A DNA stretch of 63,925 nt, filler included, from Perkinsus chesapeaki ATCC PRA-425 (GCA_013115145.1; 9 parts of 9 records of this genome joined end to end with filler, not necessarily neighbours in it); one strand, 5' to 3'. Counted from the whole stretch's first letter, positions 37,114-48,480 are shown. Numbers and translations: made by a program. The notes: generated by a model not told the origin, from the letters alone.

Positions 37114-37732
37114 GTGTGGTACTATTCGATACCTTTGTTGCACTGCTGCGGACAGGATCAGGAGGTATGTGTTGATCCTGCCGCTATTTATATTGTAGCC
37201 TTCAACTTCCTGGGGGTATTGAGTTTATTTCTTGTGGGAAGTGTGGTATGATAGTATTTGTTGCTTATGTCTGGCGGCTCTAGTATTGGTTTATCACCGT
37301 GCTGCACAACAAGGGATAAGAGTATTGAAGGTCTTCGTAGTAACAACAGGGCAGTGGCTAATAGAGCAGCTCATGTACTAAGCAACAGGGGGAGGTCGAG
37401 GAAGGGGAGCTCTTGGGACTAAAGCCTCGACTTCAAAGATCCGCACAGTGTTGTTACCAGCGCTCTAAAGTGTGCGGGGAAATATCTCCTCTGTTATGGT
37501 CGGTGCCCTGTGTGACCAGGAGTCGATTCAAGTGAACATCGCTTCCGGGTTCCAGCGGTTGGTTTTCTAGTTCTCTTGTATATTTAAGTGCAATCACTCC
37601 GCGAGGGGGTCTTGCGGAACCTCGCACGTGAAGCCGAAATGGAGACTGGGGTCCGGTTTCCGGTGATATTCCCTCCTGACTCACCCCCCGCAACCAAGTC
37701 CGCGGTAGGCTTTATATTTTTAGTTCAGTTAC

Positions 37733-38414
37733 ATGCTGGGACGAGTGTACCGTATTCGAGTATAGCTTCATCATCCTCTTCATCATCCTCAAGTGTTATA
37801 TCTCATCTATCTGGTATCCTATCCAGCACTGGTAGAGCTATCAGCCGCAACCTCGGAGTCAATAGCAATAGGGATTCACTGGTGGACGAGAAAGTGGAGG
37901 AAGCGGTAGCCGCGGACTCGCTAGTAGCCGATGTTATCGAAGATTCGCTCGGTGCCAGTATAATGGGTAAGCTGAGTGACGTTACGCTGCCAGGCGATGC
38001 CATCTGCTTTAGATTCCCAGGATGGTGAAGAGTTTAATGTGAGTATCCACCGCACGAGTAAGGTCTGATGGTATTGGCGCTTTTGATGGACTTCGCAGGA
38101 CGTAGCTCGACAGACGGTCGATTGGGTTTAAGGATGTCCTCACATGACAGTGGCTCACATTTGATAATAAATGGTGTTAATAGTGGAGGGAGTGTGTCGG
38201 AGTGGAACAAGAACTGCCCTGAGTTGGCACTGAAGGAGGGGGATAAGATAGTTGCGGTAAGTGTTCGGGGATTGGTTGCAGCCTTAGTGGTGTTGATGTT
38301 GTTCAGGTTAATGGTGTCCGTGGTAACTCTGGTAGAATGCTACAAGAGTGCACTGGTGGCAGTAATGCTCTTAGATTGACTGTTAGGCGAGGAGGTCGAA
38401 CCAGCTCGTGTTAG
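37733..38414 (+). CDS. PDZ-domain protein (multi-exon, start approximate)
   Basis: LGLRMSSHDSGSHLIINGVNSGGSVSEWNKNCPELALKEGDKIVA | VNGVRGNSGRMLQECTGGSNALRLTVRR, joined by a GT-AG intron ending at 38306. Stop at 38412-38414. Confidence 0.75.
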
Positions 38415-38628
38415 CTTTACCGATGTTCATGTTACCGATAGTGTCCTTTATAACACTCAGTGTCGTGTTGAAGTTGTTAGTGTAGGGGGGGGGGAAGGTG
38501 TGCCTACTGCAGGGGAGGGGGAGGGGGGGCTGTCCTGTGGTTGCGGGCGGTGGAGTGACATTGGCATCGGCGAGTAGCAGCACCTAGTGGAATTTGTAGG
38601 ACACGCTGTTGCTAATCAGTAGTGTTGC

Positions 38629-39285
38629 ATGGGGGCTAACAACTGCTGTGATCGTGAAGGCACTGACAGTTCAGCCAAGGATGCTTGCAGCAGCAGCAGC
38701 AATGAGGTACTGGCCGTATCAGAAGGCTCACCATATGAGTTTGCCAATACCCAAACCTCTGGCTACAGAGAGGCCCCTCCCAGCGTCAGTGACTACGGAC
38801 CGGGGGAGCTGAGTATGGACGCCTCTGTCGTGGAGGCATCCCCTCCTCTAGGAGTGAGCCATTTCTGGATACTCCTGTCTATGCTTGCTCTCAGCCGCTG
38901 CCTGGTGTTGAACCACGAGGGAAGAAAATGTGGATCGTTACGATTGATAAGGCTGGTACACTGTAATGTCATCTACGTTGCTCTACCGTTCGTGTCCGAC
39001 AGGTTCGCGATTGGGGATCGATGTCGACCACAATGACCCGGGCTACCTGCTCATTGAAGGGATCAGCGGAGGGATAGTTGGGGCACATAACAAAGAGCAT
39101 CCCAGAGATGCCCTACAACCTGGTGATCATATAGTAGAGGTGATGCCGACCTAGGACTAACTGCCATTAAAAGGCTCTGACAGGTCAACGGTGTTCGAGG
39201 AGATGCCATTGGAATGATAGCCCGCTGCAAGGCCGATGAGAGGTTGACCATGAGTATCGAGCGAGAGGTGGTGTTGACTCGGTGA
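38629..39285 (+). CDS. PDZ-domain protein with putative N-myristoylation/palmitoylation motif (MGANNCC)
   Basis: Starts MGANNCCD. Spliced PDZ RLGIDVDHNDPGYLLIEGISGGIVGAHNKEHPRDALQPGDHIVE | VNGVRGDAIGMIARCKADERLTMSIER. Stop at 39283-39285. Confidence 0.8.
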
Positions 39286-39407
39286 TGACTAGGTTACTAG
39301 ACCTTCCTGTGTGTGAGTGTTCCTTGAGCTTAAGTTTATTTGTTGCATGATGAGTGATGCAATCTATATGTTGTGTTGTAACACCTTAATACCATTCATC
39401 GGCCCCA

Positions 39408-39999
39408 ATGGACGACGACTCCGCTGTCGAAGAGTTCATCCTATCAGTTCGAGAAGCCAGCAAGAAGGATTTGTCTGCTGCCATCAATGGTCCGATAGAT
39501 ATCCCTTTTGAAGGTTCGTCAGTGAAGGGCATGTGAGCTATAACTTACTGTTTGCTGCCAGACTGGTCACAGGTTTCGTATTGAAACTCCCCCCAAGGCT
39601 GATGGCGCATCAACTACAACTCTCAACGACGAAGTTAAAATATCCTTCTGCTTGGATCAGGCCAGAAGTGATCCCATGGAGTTGATGTACATCCAGGAGC
39701 TCATCAAAGCAGTTGCAGTTGAACTTGGGAAGATTCCTAATTCCGGCTTCACTCCTATCTGGTCCACCATCGATGGAACATCTGATGTGGCCCTCGTAGC
39801 CTACAGTGAGATTGGCGAACTTAATGACGTTACTCGTGGATTCTCTGATGTAAGTTACATAAAGATACTTCCTTTATTTCGTTTATCAGTTACTGCAACG
39901 CTGCTTAGTTCGCCATGTTGCCAACAGGCCGTTGGACACAGTATCAGGTTTGGTCAGATCAACTCCTCTGTATGCTGCTCTGTCTTCAATGCACTCTAA
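39408..39999 (+). CDS. Small multi-exon hypothetical protein
   Basis: Exons MDDDSAVEEFILSVREASKKDLSAAING and ARSDPMELMYIQELIKAVAVELGKIPNSGFTPIWSTIDG, separated by short GT-AG introns. End uncertain. Confidence 0.4.
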
Positions 40000-40163
40000 T
40001 TAAATACCATTTTCCGATTGCATTTGTTTTGTACAACTAGTGCAACACAAAAACAGTGCAAGGTGGAAAAAATGAAAATATTCATCATAGAGATGAACAT
40101 CAAACCTACGTCGCCTACATTCCCTAAAACAGATCAGTTCAGCCATCATAGCAAAAACATACT

Positions 40164-41876
40164 TCACATGTGGGAGAGGCATTCCTCAGCGATGTCAGAG
40201 CTTATTTCCTGGACTAAATCCTTGGCTTTGTGGCCGTTATCGAGGGAGACCACAACCTCAGCGATCCAGCTAGGCATGCCCTCCTCTGGACCAACCAAGC
40301 TCTCTCCATCTTGAACAAGGGGGCTCAACTGCACTACACCGGGAATATCACGGAATTTATCCAAAAATTGTGTGCTGTCGACGACACCAGACTTTGGGGC
40401 ACCAACGAAGGCATATGCTATATACATACCTGTAGGGCTTATAGGTGGTCTAGATGGTATACCAACGGTCATAAGGAGTTGTTCTACAACCAGATCGACA
40501 TTGCTTACATGCTTATGGATAAGCCTGGTAGGCCCACCACCCATTCTCGCATTAACTTCGATGAGACGAGGGCCACGGCTGGTGAACTTGCCTTCAACAT
40601 GAAAAACACCGTGAGTGAAACCGATAGCAGCGACTGCATCTTGGGCCATTTTCTTGAGTCCATCAACTTTATATTCCGGTAGTAGGGACGGGAGGGCAGC
40701 CCAGGTCTCGGCAAAGTAAGGCTCGACAGTTGGGCCATTGTCTATAACATAACAGAATCGACATTCACCATCACAAAAAAGGCAATCGACATCCACCTCA
40801 TCACCATCAAGATACTCTTCTAGCATCATATCAAGAACAATAACATGCTCCGCAGTGACACCTTCAGATTCCATGGCTTCTGAGAGGGTCGAATCGGTGC
40901 GAACCTTTGTAACACGCTCCAAGGCCCCAGCCTTGACTCTAAGGCCGGCCATCAAATGAACTAGGTCAGCGTAAGTACGTTTGAAATCATCCATATCAGA
41001 TACCTTCTGAACACCAAGAGATGCCGCGCCAGCAATGGGCTTCAAGACGGCTGGAAAACCAACGTGGGCCGCGGCTTGGTCCAGTTGGGAGGGATCGGTT
41101 ATGAGGAAATTCTTGATGGACGGCAGACCTTTGTCAGTCATGATGTCACGAGTCTTATGCTTATCCCGAGCTATATCAACGCACTTGACAGAGGGACCCG
41201 GCAGACCCAGAGCTTCGGTCAAACGAGCAGCCATGGGAACGGCTAGTTCGATGAAGGTACACACACCGTCGACGGCACCAACTTGGGGATCATCAGCCAG
41301 GGATTTGATAGCATCCAATGCTTGATGGAAAACGGCATCGTTGTCCACGTTGAAGTCTATGGGGATGAACTTAGCGATGATCTCTTCGTCCACCATCTCC
41401 TTCGCCCAGGAATCGCTACCGTCCAGGATGACCACTTTGACGCCGAGCTCGGCTGCTCTTTGATAGATAAATTTTTTACCTTTGTAACCGGCGCAGAATA
41501 TGGCAATGGTAGCACCGCGGAGGAGCTGCTGTCGGAGGGCTTGTCCCTCTTCGCTATTGTGCTCTAGCAGCTCCGGAGGAATCTTTTTAAGCATCTCGAA
41601 GGTGGCAGTCGGAGTCAGATTGGCAGCAACCTTCCTTCTTTCATCAGCGGTCATGGCCTCGGGTAAATCAGAGGTTCCAAGGAACATGTCGGCCATGAAG
41701 GGTGTCGATAAATCGAGGTTAAGTTGACCACTATCTTCGATAACTTCAAGACAGATAGCGTCCAGGTCAGATGCACTCGGTGACCGTTGATGGGGTCTGG
41801 CTAGTGGTGATTGCCAAGTCCCCTCATTGGGCCTATTGGTGGCAACCTCGAGGGCCTCGTCGAAGCTAAGAGTCAT
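40164..41876 (-). CDS. Intronless ATP-grasp ligase, carnosine synthase / L-amino-acid ligase-like
   Basis: ATP-grasp motifs ARDKHKTR, FPAVLKPIAGAASLGV, LEEYLDGDEVDVD, GVFHVEGKFTSRGPRLIEVNARMGG. The N-subdomain AGYKGKKFIYQRAAELGVKVVILD resembles CARNS1-type enzymes. First ATG at 41876. Confidence 0.85.
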   Translation of the reverse strand: MTLSFDEALEVATNRPNEGTWQSPLARPHQRSPSASDLDAICLEVIEDSGQLNLDLSTPFMADMFLGTSDLPEAMTADERRKVAANLTPTATFEMLKKIPPELLEHNSEEGQALRQQLLRGATIAIFCAGYKGKKFIYQRAAELGVKVVILDGSDSWAKEMVDEEIIAKFIPIDFNVDNDAVFHQALDAIKSLADDPQVGAVDGVCTFIELAVPMAARLTEALGLPGPSVKCVDIARDKHKTRDIMTDKGLPSIKNFLITDPSQLDQAAAHVGFPAVLKPIAGAASLGVQKVSDMDDFKRTYADLVHLMAGLRVKAGALERVTKVRTDSTLSEAMESEGVTAEHVIVLDMMLEEYLDGDEVDVDCLFCDGECRFCYVIDNGPTVEPYFAETWAALPSLLPEYKVDGLKKMAQDAVAAIGFTHGVFHVEGKFTSRGPRLIEVNARMGGGPTRLIHKHVSNVDLVVEQLLMTVGIPSRPPISPTGMYIAYAFVGAPKSGVVDSTQFLDKFRDIPGVVQLSPLVQDGESLVGPEEGMPSWIAEVVVSLDNGHKAKDLVQEISSDIAEECLSHM

Positions 41877-42102
41877 GAACAAATGAGACTGAAAGTGATG
41901 CGAGTTAATCTGCTCCAATCGCCAGCGACATGTATGTAATCATACCTCTTTAAAAACGGAGGTAACTTCCCCGCTGCTAGCCCAGCGCTGCTAGATCCAT
42001 TGGAACGGCGACGACGTTGATGTCACACGCGTGCAGGACGACGGAGCGAAGCGAATTGGGCACTTTTTCGAAGACCGCAGCACAAAAGCATTAACTCGTT
42101 GC

Positions 42103-44223
42103 ATGTCGTCGTCGTCGCCTATAGAGCGTCGTCCGAGGCAGCGGCACCGTGGGGCACCTTCCCCTTCAGTCTGCTTTGATTCTGATGAGATACCCTCTGA
42201 TAGCCCCAGGAAAGGTAGTAGGTGTATTCGATAGTAGTGGTGACAGGGTGGTGATACAGGGAAAAGGGTGTCACCACGTGGCGGAAGACAACTATCACCA
42301 AGGACAGGAAAGGGGGAAGGCTCCCGACATGCTGGTCTTGGAGCCAGCAGCCCACCACGATCAAGGTACTTCACTGCCTTCAGCGGAGAGGGTTAATGAG
42401 CAACATATTACACCGCGCAAGATACTCGAGGATTTTAAGGATTGGTTGGAGGCGAGTTCGTCAATGAAAACTTGTGCCGCTCTTGAACTGGCTTTTGCAC
42501 GGTCTCATAAAACTTGTGGTATTATTTCTGCATCGAGGGTGATGACAGGTTCACAGCAGAGGAAGGAGGAGGATGGTGGCTGAGTACATACAGTCACAGG
42601 CCCACCTGTATGCCACGAGGCTTCCAATACGAAGGGGCCCTCGGCCAGGTGCCTATCACCGATCGCTAGTCGCTCTATTTATCCTCTTGTAGGGTTCGTA
42701 CGGCTGTGTGGTGGCGGCCACGAGGACAAGTGATGGGTCAGCAGTGGCCCTGAAGCTATTCACCAATACTTCCCATGTACCTCAATCCAACTCGGCAGAT
42801 GATCCTGACTGGTCCACATTACGGGAGCTTAGAGTCCTTCGTCTGCTACCTCCGTGTGCCCTCATAGTCCAGCCTCTCGAGGTCCCAGCTGCCTCTAGGC
42901 TACCCCTTGTCCCTCCATATTGCGCTGCTCAGGTGGTTCGATGCGGGCCAGGAGACCGTACACTGTGCCTGGTATCGGAAATGATGGGAGAGTCTTTAGA
43001 GTCCTTCATTTATTACGTATATCAGCAGTGCTACTCTCCTCAGTCAGCAGCAACAGCAGCAAGCGAAGAGGAAAGGTAGTTATCGAAGGCTTCTGAGGCC
43101 ATACCGCTCCTTTGTTTGATCAGCAATAATTTATTAAGTGCATTCAAGCATTGTTCTATAAGATGGATTGCGCAGCTCCTATGTGCCCTCCAGTTCCTCC
43201 ATGACTGTGGAGTAGGTCACAGGGACGTCAAGTGTGCCAACATACTCTTGTCCTTGGGGGCCGCCGAAGCCCTGGAGAACGGCCATCAGTGCCGGCAAGT
43301 GTATGTATTCGATCTGTCACTAGCGAACCTTGTAAATAGGCCTAAAGTGAAGCTCTGCGACTTTGGTCTGGCTCGACCTTATGTGCGTCATCGGGCACCT
43401 AAGAGGGCCGTAGGGGATGTGACAATGCGCGAGATGGACAAGCGTCGTGAGACCGCACCAGAGAGACTGCACAGAGCCTCCGACTACGGCGGGTGAGTGT
43501 GCCGGTAATGGTGATGATGATGAGCTCATTATAGGTACACCCAGCACGTAGGGACACCAGTGTGTTTGGCACCGGAGGTCCTATGCTGGTCAAAGCACTA
43601 CAGTCTGGCAGAGGCTGACCTTTGGAGCTTAGCGGCGGACGTGATCGCTCGTCTAGTAGGTGGACCTTGGCCTAGTGGGCTGTTCTCCGAGGACTATACT
43701 GGAGATCCTGACTGTAGGGAAATGAGGGGTAGTGAGGGTAATGCAGAGTAGGTAATGGGGTGGAGAATATGCAAGACCAAGATGCCTGGATACTCCGACG
43801 GATCGCCTGCGTTATAGGGCGGCCCAGCGATAGGGAACTGAAGGCTGTGTGCCGGTGAGCAATAGCACCACACCTGAGTCGTCTCGCAGAAAGCTTCAGT
43901 AATGTTGCGTACCGTCGTGTCCTGGAGGCTCAGTACTTTGCTGGCCTCACTGTGGAGGATGCAAGTCGACCCGATGCCGGGTTAAGAGAGTAACCAGAAG
44001 CTGCTCGTTGGAACATCTGATAGAGTCCTGCTGTAGGCTTTATGAAGCAAGTAGCCCTAGTGGATACGACTTACTGCGGAGCATACTGCAATGGGACCCA
44101 GCGGATAGGGCCTCTCTTGAGGATGCAATGAACAGTGAATTCTTCTATTCAATGGGGGAGCATGAGTGGCCAGCATGTGACTGGAAGGTTTGCAGGCTAC
44201 AGGACTCTGAGGACTTCGAGTAA
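42103..44223 (+). CDS. Ser/Thr protein kinase, CMGC group (CDK-like), multi-exon
   Basis: Spliced LGQ|GSYGCV glycine loop, VALKLF, TLRELRVL, HRDVKCANILL, LCDFGLAR, YTQHVGTPVCLAPE, ADLWSL, LQWDPADRASLEDAMNSEFF. Confidence 0.85.
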
Positions 44224-44884
44224 GCTCATCAGCGGTACTTTTCGATGGAGCTCTGTGGCGTAGTTATGAGATCGGAGACTCTTGGGACAGTCGCACGTTA
44301 GACTCTGAGATGGCATGGGAAGTGGAGGCATGGCAGAAAAGGAGTACACAGCATCATCGGTCTTATACTCGGGGACGAGCGGCAAGGAGGAGCTATTAAA
44401 GAAGGAGGAGGACGAGCCGTACTGGCGTGAATCCACAGATCTACTTTCAATCGTTCTTGCACCATATCAATCGCCATCATGAACTGCAGCAGCTAGTATT
44501 AGGTTTGAAGGAGTAAAGAAATTCAGCATAAGCATGCAATTATGTATACTTTCATCATCATCACACTGCAGCAGAGTTTGCACAGTTGTACATCTCCCCT
44601 CTTGCTGCTGCTGGTCAGTAGTGGTTTATTAGATAGTCCACGTGCTGCATTGTAGAAAGGAGTTTCATCCTCACTACTTCCTTTGCCTTGAGTTTGTATC
44701 CCAGTGATTGACCCACCCACTCGAGTAACGCAAAACAGTGATAAAGTAAGGATACAGTAAGCGAGACTCACGAGAAAATATGTGGAGGAATCGCAAGTTC
44801 AAAGGAACACATAGCTTATTATCAACCACCACAGCAGCACTGCACATCGGGCAGCGTGGAAAACGAAAACGCGAGAATAATTAT

Positions 44885-45466
44885 TTAGTTAGTGCACTGA
44901 TCAGGGGACAGGTCAAGGTTGAGGGCACCGGCCACGGAAACATGGAAGATGTTGGTGTTAGCATTGTAGCTGCACTTCATGAACTGAGACAGCTGCTGGG
45001 TGTTCATACCAAGAGACTCGGCCAACTTGATGAGATCAGCGTTGTTCCAATCGGGGGCAACAGTAGTGCAATCAGACTCCATGGTATAGCCGATATCCTT
45101 GGCGTTGATCATACCAGCGACGTTAAGGTCGAAGGAGTTGTCGTGGAGCTCGACAGTGGCGGGCATGCCCATAGCGGAACCACAGTACTCACCCTCGGGC
45201 TTCTTGCAAGAGGAGCCAGCGCTACCAGTAGTGGTAGAGGCACCAGCGGCACCAGTGGTCTGAGGAGCAGCGGTAGTCTGTTGCTGAGACTGAGAGGAAG
45301 AAGTGGTAGTGGCAACCTCAGAAGGGCCAGTGGGCTCCATGAACTTGGTGGTAGCCTGGGGAGCAATAGTAGTCACGGGAGCAGCGGTGGTGGTGCTATC
45401 ATCATCACTGCAACCGGTGAGGGAGACGGCGATGAAGGCACTGACGACAGCAGCGATGAACTTCAT
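44885..45466 (-). CDS. Lipobox-like secreted/surface family, copy 1 (193 aa)
   Basis: MKFIAAVVSAFIAVSLTG-C19-SDDDS, Thr-rich linker, then domain CKKPEGEYCG...C...PDW...Y...F...LDLSPDQC. Intronless. Confidence 0.9.
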   Translation of the reverse strand: MKFIAAVVSAFIAVSLTGCSDDDSTTTAAPVTTIAPQATTKFMEPTGPSEVATTTSSSQSQQQTTAAPQTTGAAGASTTTGSAGSSCKKPEGEYCGSAMGMPATVELHDNSFDLNVAGMINAKDIGYTMESDCTTVAPDWNNADLIKLAESLGMNTQQLSQFMKCSYNANTNIFHVSVAGALNLDLSPDQCTN

Positions 45467-46095
45467 TACGTAGGTAAGTAAGGGAAGAAGAAACAGGAAA
45501 AGTCCTTTTGAGAAGAGTTGCTTAGCTAGCGTTTGGGAGGCTTTGTGTAATATGTCCCTAAACTCGTGTGCGAAAGGCTTATGGCTAGCAAACACTAGAC
45601 GCTCGCGATACTATACAAAAGATATAAGTTCCGACATAACTATCCTCGACTTATTGTAAGATGCCATCAGGGCATTGTCACTCCAAGCCCGTTGAGGCTC
45701 AAAAATTAGCTGCGGAATTATGCACGCGTGCGCAAACCTTGGCAATTGGTTCTGTTTTATGACCCCACCGGTTACGCCCCTCGATAGAGAAGTCAACGGG
45801 GTCCTGTATTCAAATACCGATCGAACGTTATAGACAAATGATTGTTAGTTTTCCATTACGTCAGTACGAATTTGATCAAGTGTGAACTGGAATAAACGCG
45901 CCAAGCCGAAACCCTCCCCGAAAACTTAGAACACAACATGAGTCTCGCTTCACTGAGCAGAACAAGGAACTAACTGTCAGAGAGAATATACACTGCTGTG
46001 ACTGCAGAGCGTGGTGAACACGCTAACTAGATGGTATAAGAACAGGAATATGCGAATGCAAAAGAAGTTTAGTTCAACACCGGAACACGGACTTC

Positions 46096-46590
46096 TTAAT
46101 CAGAACACTGACCGGTGGTCATGTCCAAGGAGTGACCGCAGATCTTGCTAACGTCAAGGGTAAAGACATTAGAAGTGGCATTGTAATCGCAGAACATCAT
46201 CTGCGACAACATACTAGGCTCCATTTGGGCAGACTTGGCCATAGCCTCGTAAGAGGGGCTAGTAGAGTCCAAGATCAATTGGGAGCAGTCGGAGGACATA
46301 GTGAAAGGAACGTTATCACAGGTCATTGTGTTGGCGAGGTTCATCGAGAAGTTGTCGCCATCGATGGTTACAGAGCCGGGCTGGCCCATGAAGCTACCGC
46401 AGTACTTGCCACTAGGCTTCGCACAAGTAACGGAACCGGTGGGGGCGCTAGTGGTAGACTGGAGGAAGCCGGTAGTGGGGGCTGCTGTGGTGGCAGGGGC
46501 CTTCGTGGTAGTAGTAGTACTGTCACTATCACTGCATCCGGTGAGGGATACGGCGACGAGAGCACTGGCAACGGCGGCGATGAACTTCAT
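46096..46590 (-). CDS. Lipobox-like family, copy 2
   Basis: MKFIAAVASALVAVSLTG-C19-SDSDS, Thr-rich linker, CAKPSGKYCG domain ending LDMTTGQC. Carries additional Cys residues. Confidence 0.9.
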   Translation of the reverse strand: MKFIAAVASALVAVSLTGCSDSDSTTTTTKAPATTAAPTTGFLQSTTSAPTGSVTCAKPSGKYCGSFMGQPGSVTIDGDNFSMNLANTMTCDNVPFTMSSDCSQLILDSTSPSYEAMAKSAQMEPSMLSQMMFCDYNATSNVFTLDVSKICGHSLDMTTGQCSD

Positions 46591-47259
46591 GTTAAAGGTC
46601 GGTGTAGAGAAAGAAGTCTGTTTGATTTCGGGAAGCGCGAAGCTAAGGAATTTTTGGAGACAAAGCTTTGTGCAAAATCCGGCGCAATCGCTAAGCGGCA
46701 AAATCTACCTTCCTTGAAGGAAAATGAGGAGCTCACAACTCAATGGAGCAGTGAGTGGACGACGTGCATATATCACAGATCAGTCCCGGGAATATTAATA
46801 CAGGTGGCGGTGAGAAAAAAATAATGTGATCCATGCGCCGACTCGGAACTTCCGAGTCGGAAGCAATGTCTTTTCGATGGTGAAACCCCCTATCGTTAGA
46901 GGAACGGAGTCCCGTAGCCCTTCAAACCTTGAAGTAGTCTCTGTGCGAAAACGATGTTGATTCCGATTGGATACACGAGGTTACGAGGTATTGTGACGTT
47001 CCGTATACGATGTAGGTTTGTTGAAGTCGAGATAGTTTGGAGTCTGCACGCATGCGCAGTCGCACAACCCTTAGAAACGCGTAGACGAAATGTTACCACT
47101 ATATTGAACAAAACCCTCTATTCTTTGGAAATAAGTCAACCGCGATGAAAGCGACCACAAAACAAGGCCTTCGCTCAAAGGCACAGCTGGACACCACCAC
47201 ATTGCAACATGCGGCAGACCGCGCTATACGGTTCAGCTGGATAGTAAACACGCAACTGA

Positions 47260-47997
47260 TTAACACTGTTGCTTAGATAAGTCAAGAGAGCCTAGACCAC
47301 TGACGTTAACACTGAAAGTATCATCAGACGGCTCATAGCTTATGCTCAAAGTAGAAGCCAATTCTTGAGGGGGGATACCGAGGGTTTGGGCAAGGGCCAC
47401 CATAGCAGGGTTAGAATAGTCGGGCTTGAAATCAGTGCAGTCCTCTAGAGTGTATCCTACGTTCTTAACGTTAACCAATGGGGCAACACTGAGACCGAAT
47501 GTGTCCTGTCCAATGGTTGCGACCCCACTGAACATAAGGTATTTGCCGCAGTATTCTCCACGGGGAATGACCAAGCAGGATGTAGTGGAAGCGGTCGTTG
47601 GTCCGCTTGTAGTAGAAGTTACCGGAACGCTTGTGAACACGGACGAAGTCGTTCCAGTGCTGCTTGGTACAGTGGTGTTACTAGACGGAAATGTACCGTC
47701 TGTAGTTGAGGTAGCAGTAGCTGTACTAGCACTGCCCGTTGTCGAGACCGTTGTGCCTGTCACGGTCGTCGAAGTAAAAGTAGCCGGCATAGTCGTTGTT
47801 GCATTCACCGAGATAGTAGTATTGATCGGTTAAGTAGAAAAGCCGCTAGTCGAAGTTCTTGGGGTCCAAGCAGTTGTAGCCATAGGTACCGCCGTAGTAG
47901 GAGCCGCCGATGGCTGCGCTGTGGTAGTAGAGTTGTCACTGCAGCCGCTCAAATAGACGGCGAGCAATCCTGCAGCAGCGGTTGCAAAGAATTTCAT
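47260..47997 (-). pseudogene. Lipobox-like family, copy 3, with a single in-frame TAA at 47830-47832
   Basis: ATG at 47997 (MKFFATAAAGLLAVYLSG-C19-SDNS) is in the same frame as ORF 47260-47808, which ends in the family domain CLVIPRGEYCG...LDLSKQQC. One stop lies inside the Thr/Ser linker. Confidence 0.8.
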
Positions 47998-48078
47998 TGA
48001 TGCACAAAAACTGAAAACGTCAGATTTGAGACAATACCGTAATTAATCGCACTTTATCAATGTAACTCATACGAGGCT

Positions 48079-48139
48079 AGGGGCTAGCCCCTTGACCCTA
48101 GGCTAGCCCCTTGGCCCTAGGCTAGCCCCTTGGCCCCTA
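48079..48139. repeat. Three 19-bp tandem repeats led by the 14-bp palindrome AGGGGCTAGCCCCT
   Basis: GGCTAGCCCCTTG(A/G)CCCTA starts at 48082, 48101 and 48120. Confidence 0.9.
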
Positions 48140-48244
48140 GCTGTCTTCCTCCGGGACTTGCTCGGGTGTCTCATCTACACAAAGTTTGGTGACTAAGGGT
48201 CTAAAATAACGGAGAGCTTATGGAGTGAATCAGCCGTATTTATA

Positions 48245-48480
48245 TAAACTAAACACTTATAATCTATCAGACACAGACCAGAGCAAAATGCTCAAATACC
48301 CAACCCCACTCCAGGGAACTGATATAAATCTTTCCACAACAAGTACCGCTCATCAATAGACAGAACCTGGGGATGTCCAGAAGGAAAGAGAGTTCAGTTA
48401 GCAGTATTTCAGTTATTAGCATGAGGTAAAACTGGCAGGTAGTTCAGTGTGAAGGAAAATATGAAGTAGTCTAGTAACCG
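48245..48480. repeat. About 235-bp 3' flank duplicated almost identically at about 51305-51540
   Basis: TAAACTAAACACTTATAATCTATCA...GAAAATATGAAGTAGTCTAGTAACCG is present downstream of both copy 4 and copy 6, with only isolated mismatches visible. Confidence 0.9.

Noticed and set aside
44523-44771. Apparent small secreted protein (MSLAYCILTLSLFCV...) and a possible in-frame TGA/selenocysteine downstream at 44467-44469
   Set aside because: The ORF starts at GTGAGT, a canonical splice donor, so the signal-like stretch is probably intronic. Splicing is ambiguous, so the TGA frame cannot be established, and no SECIS was identified.
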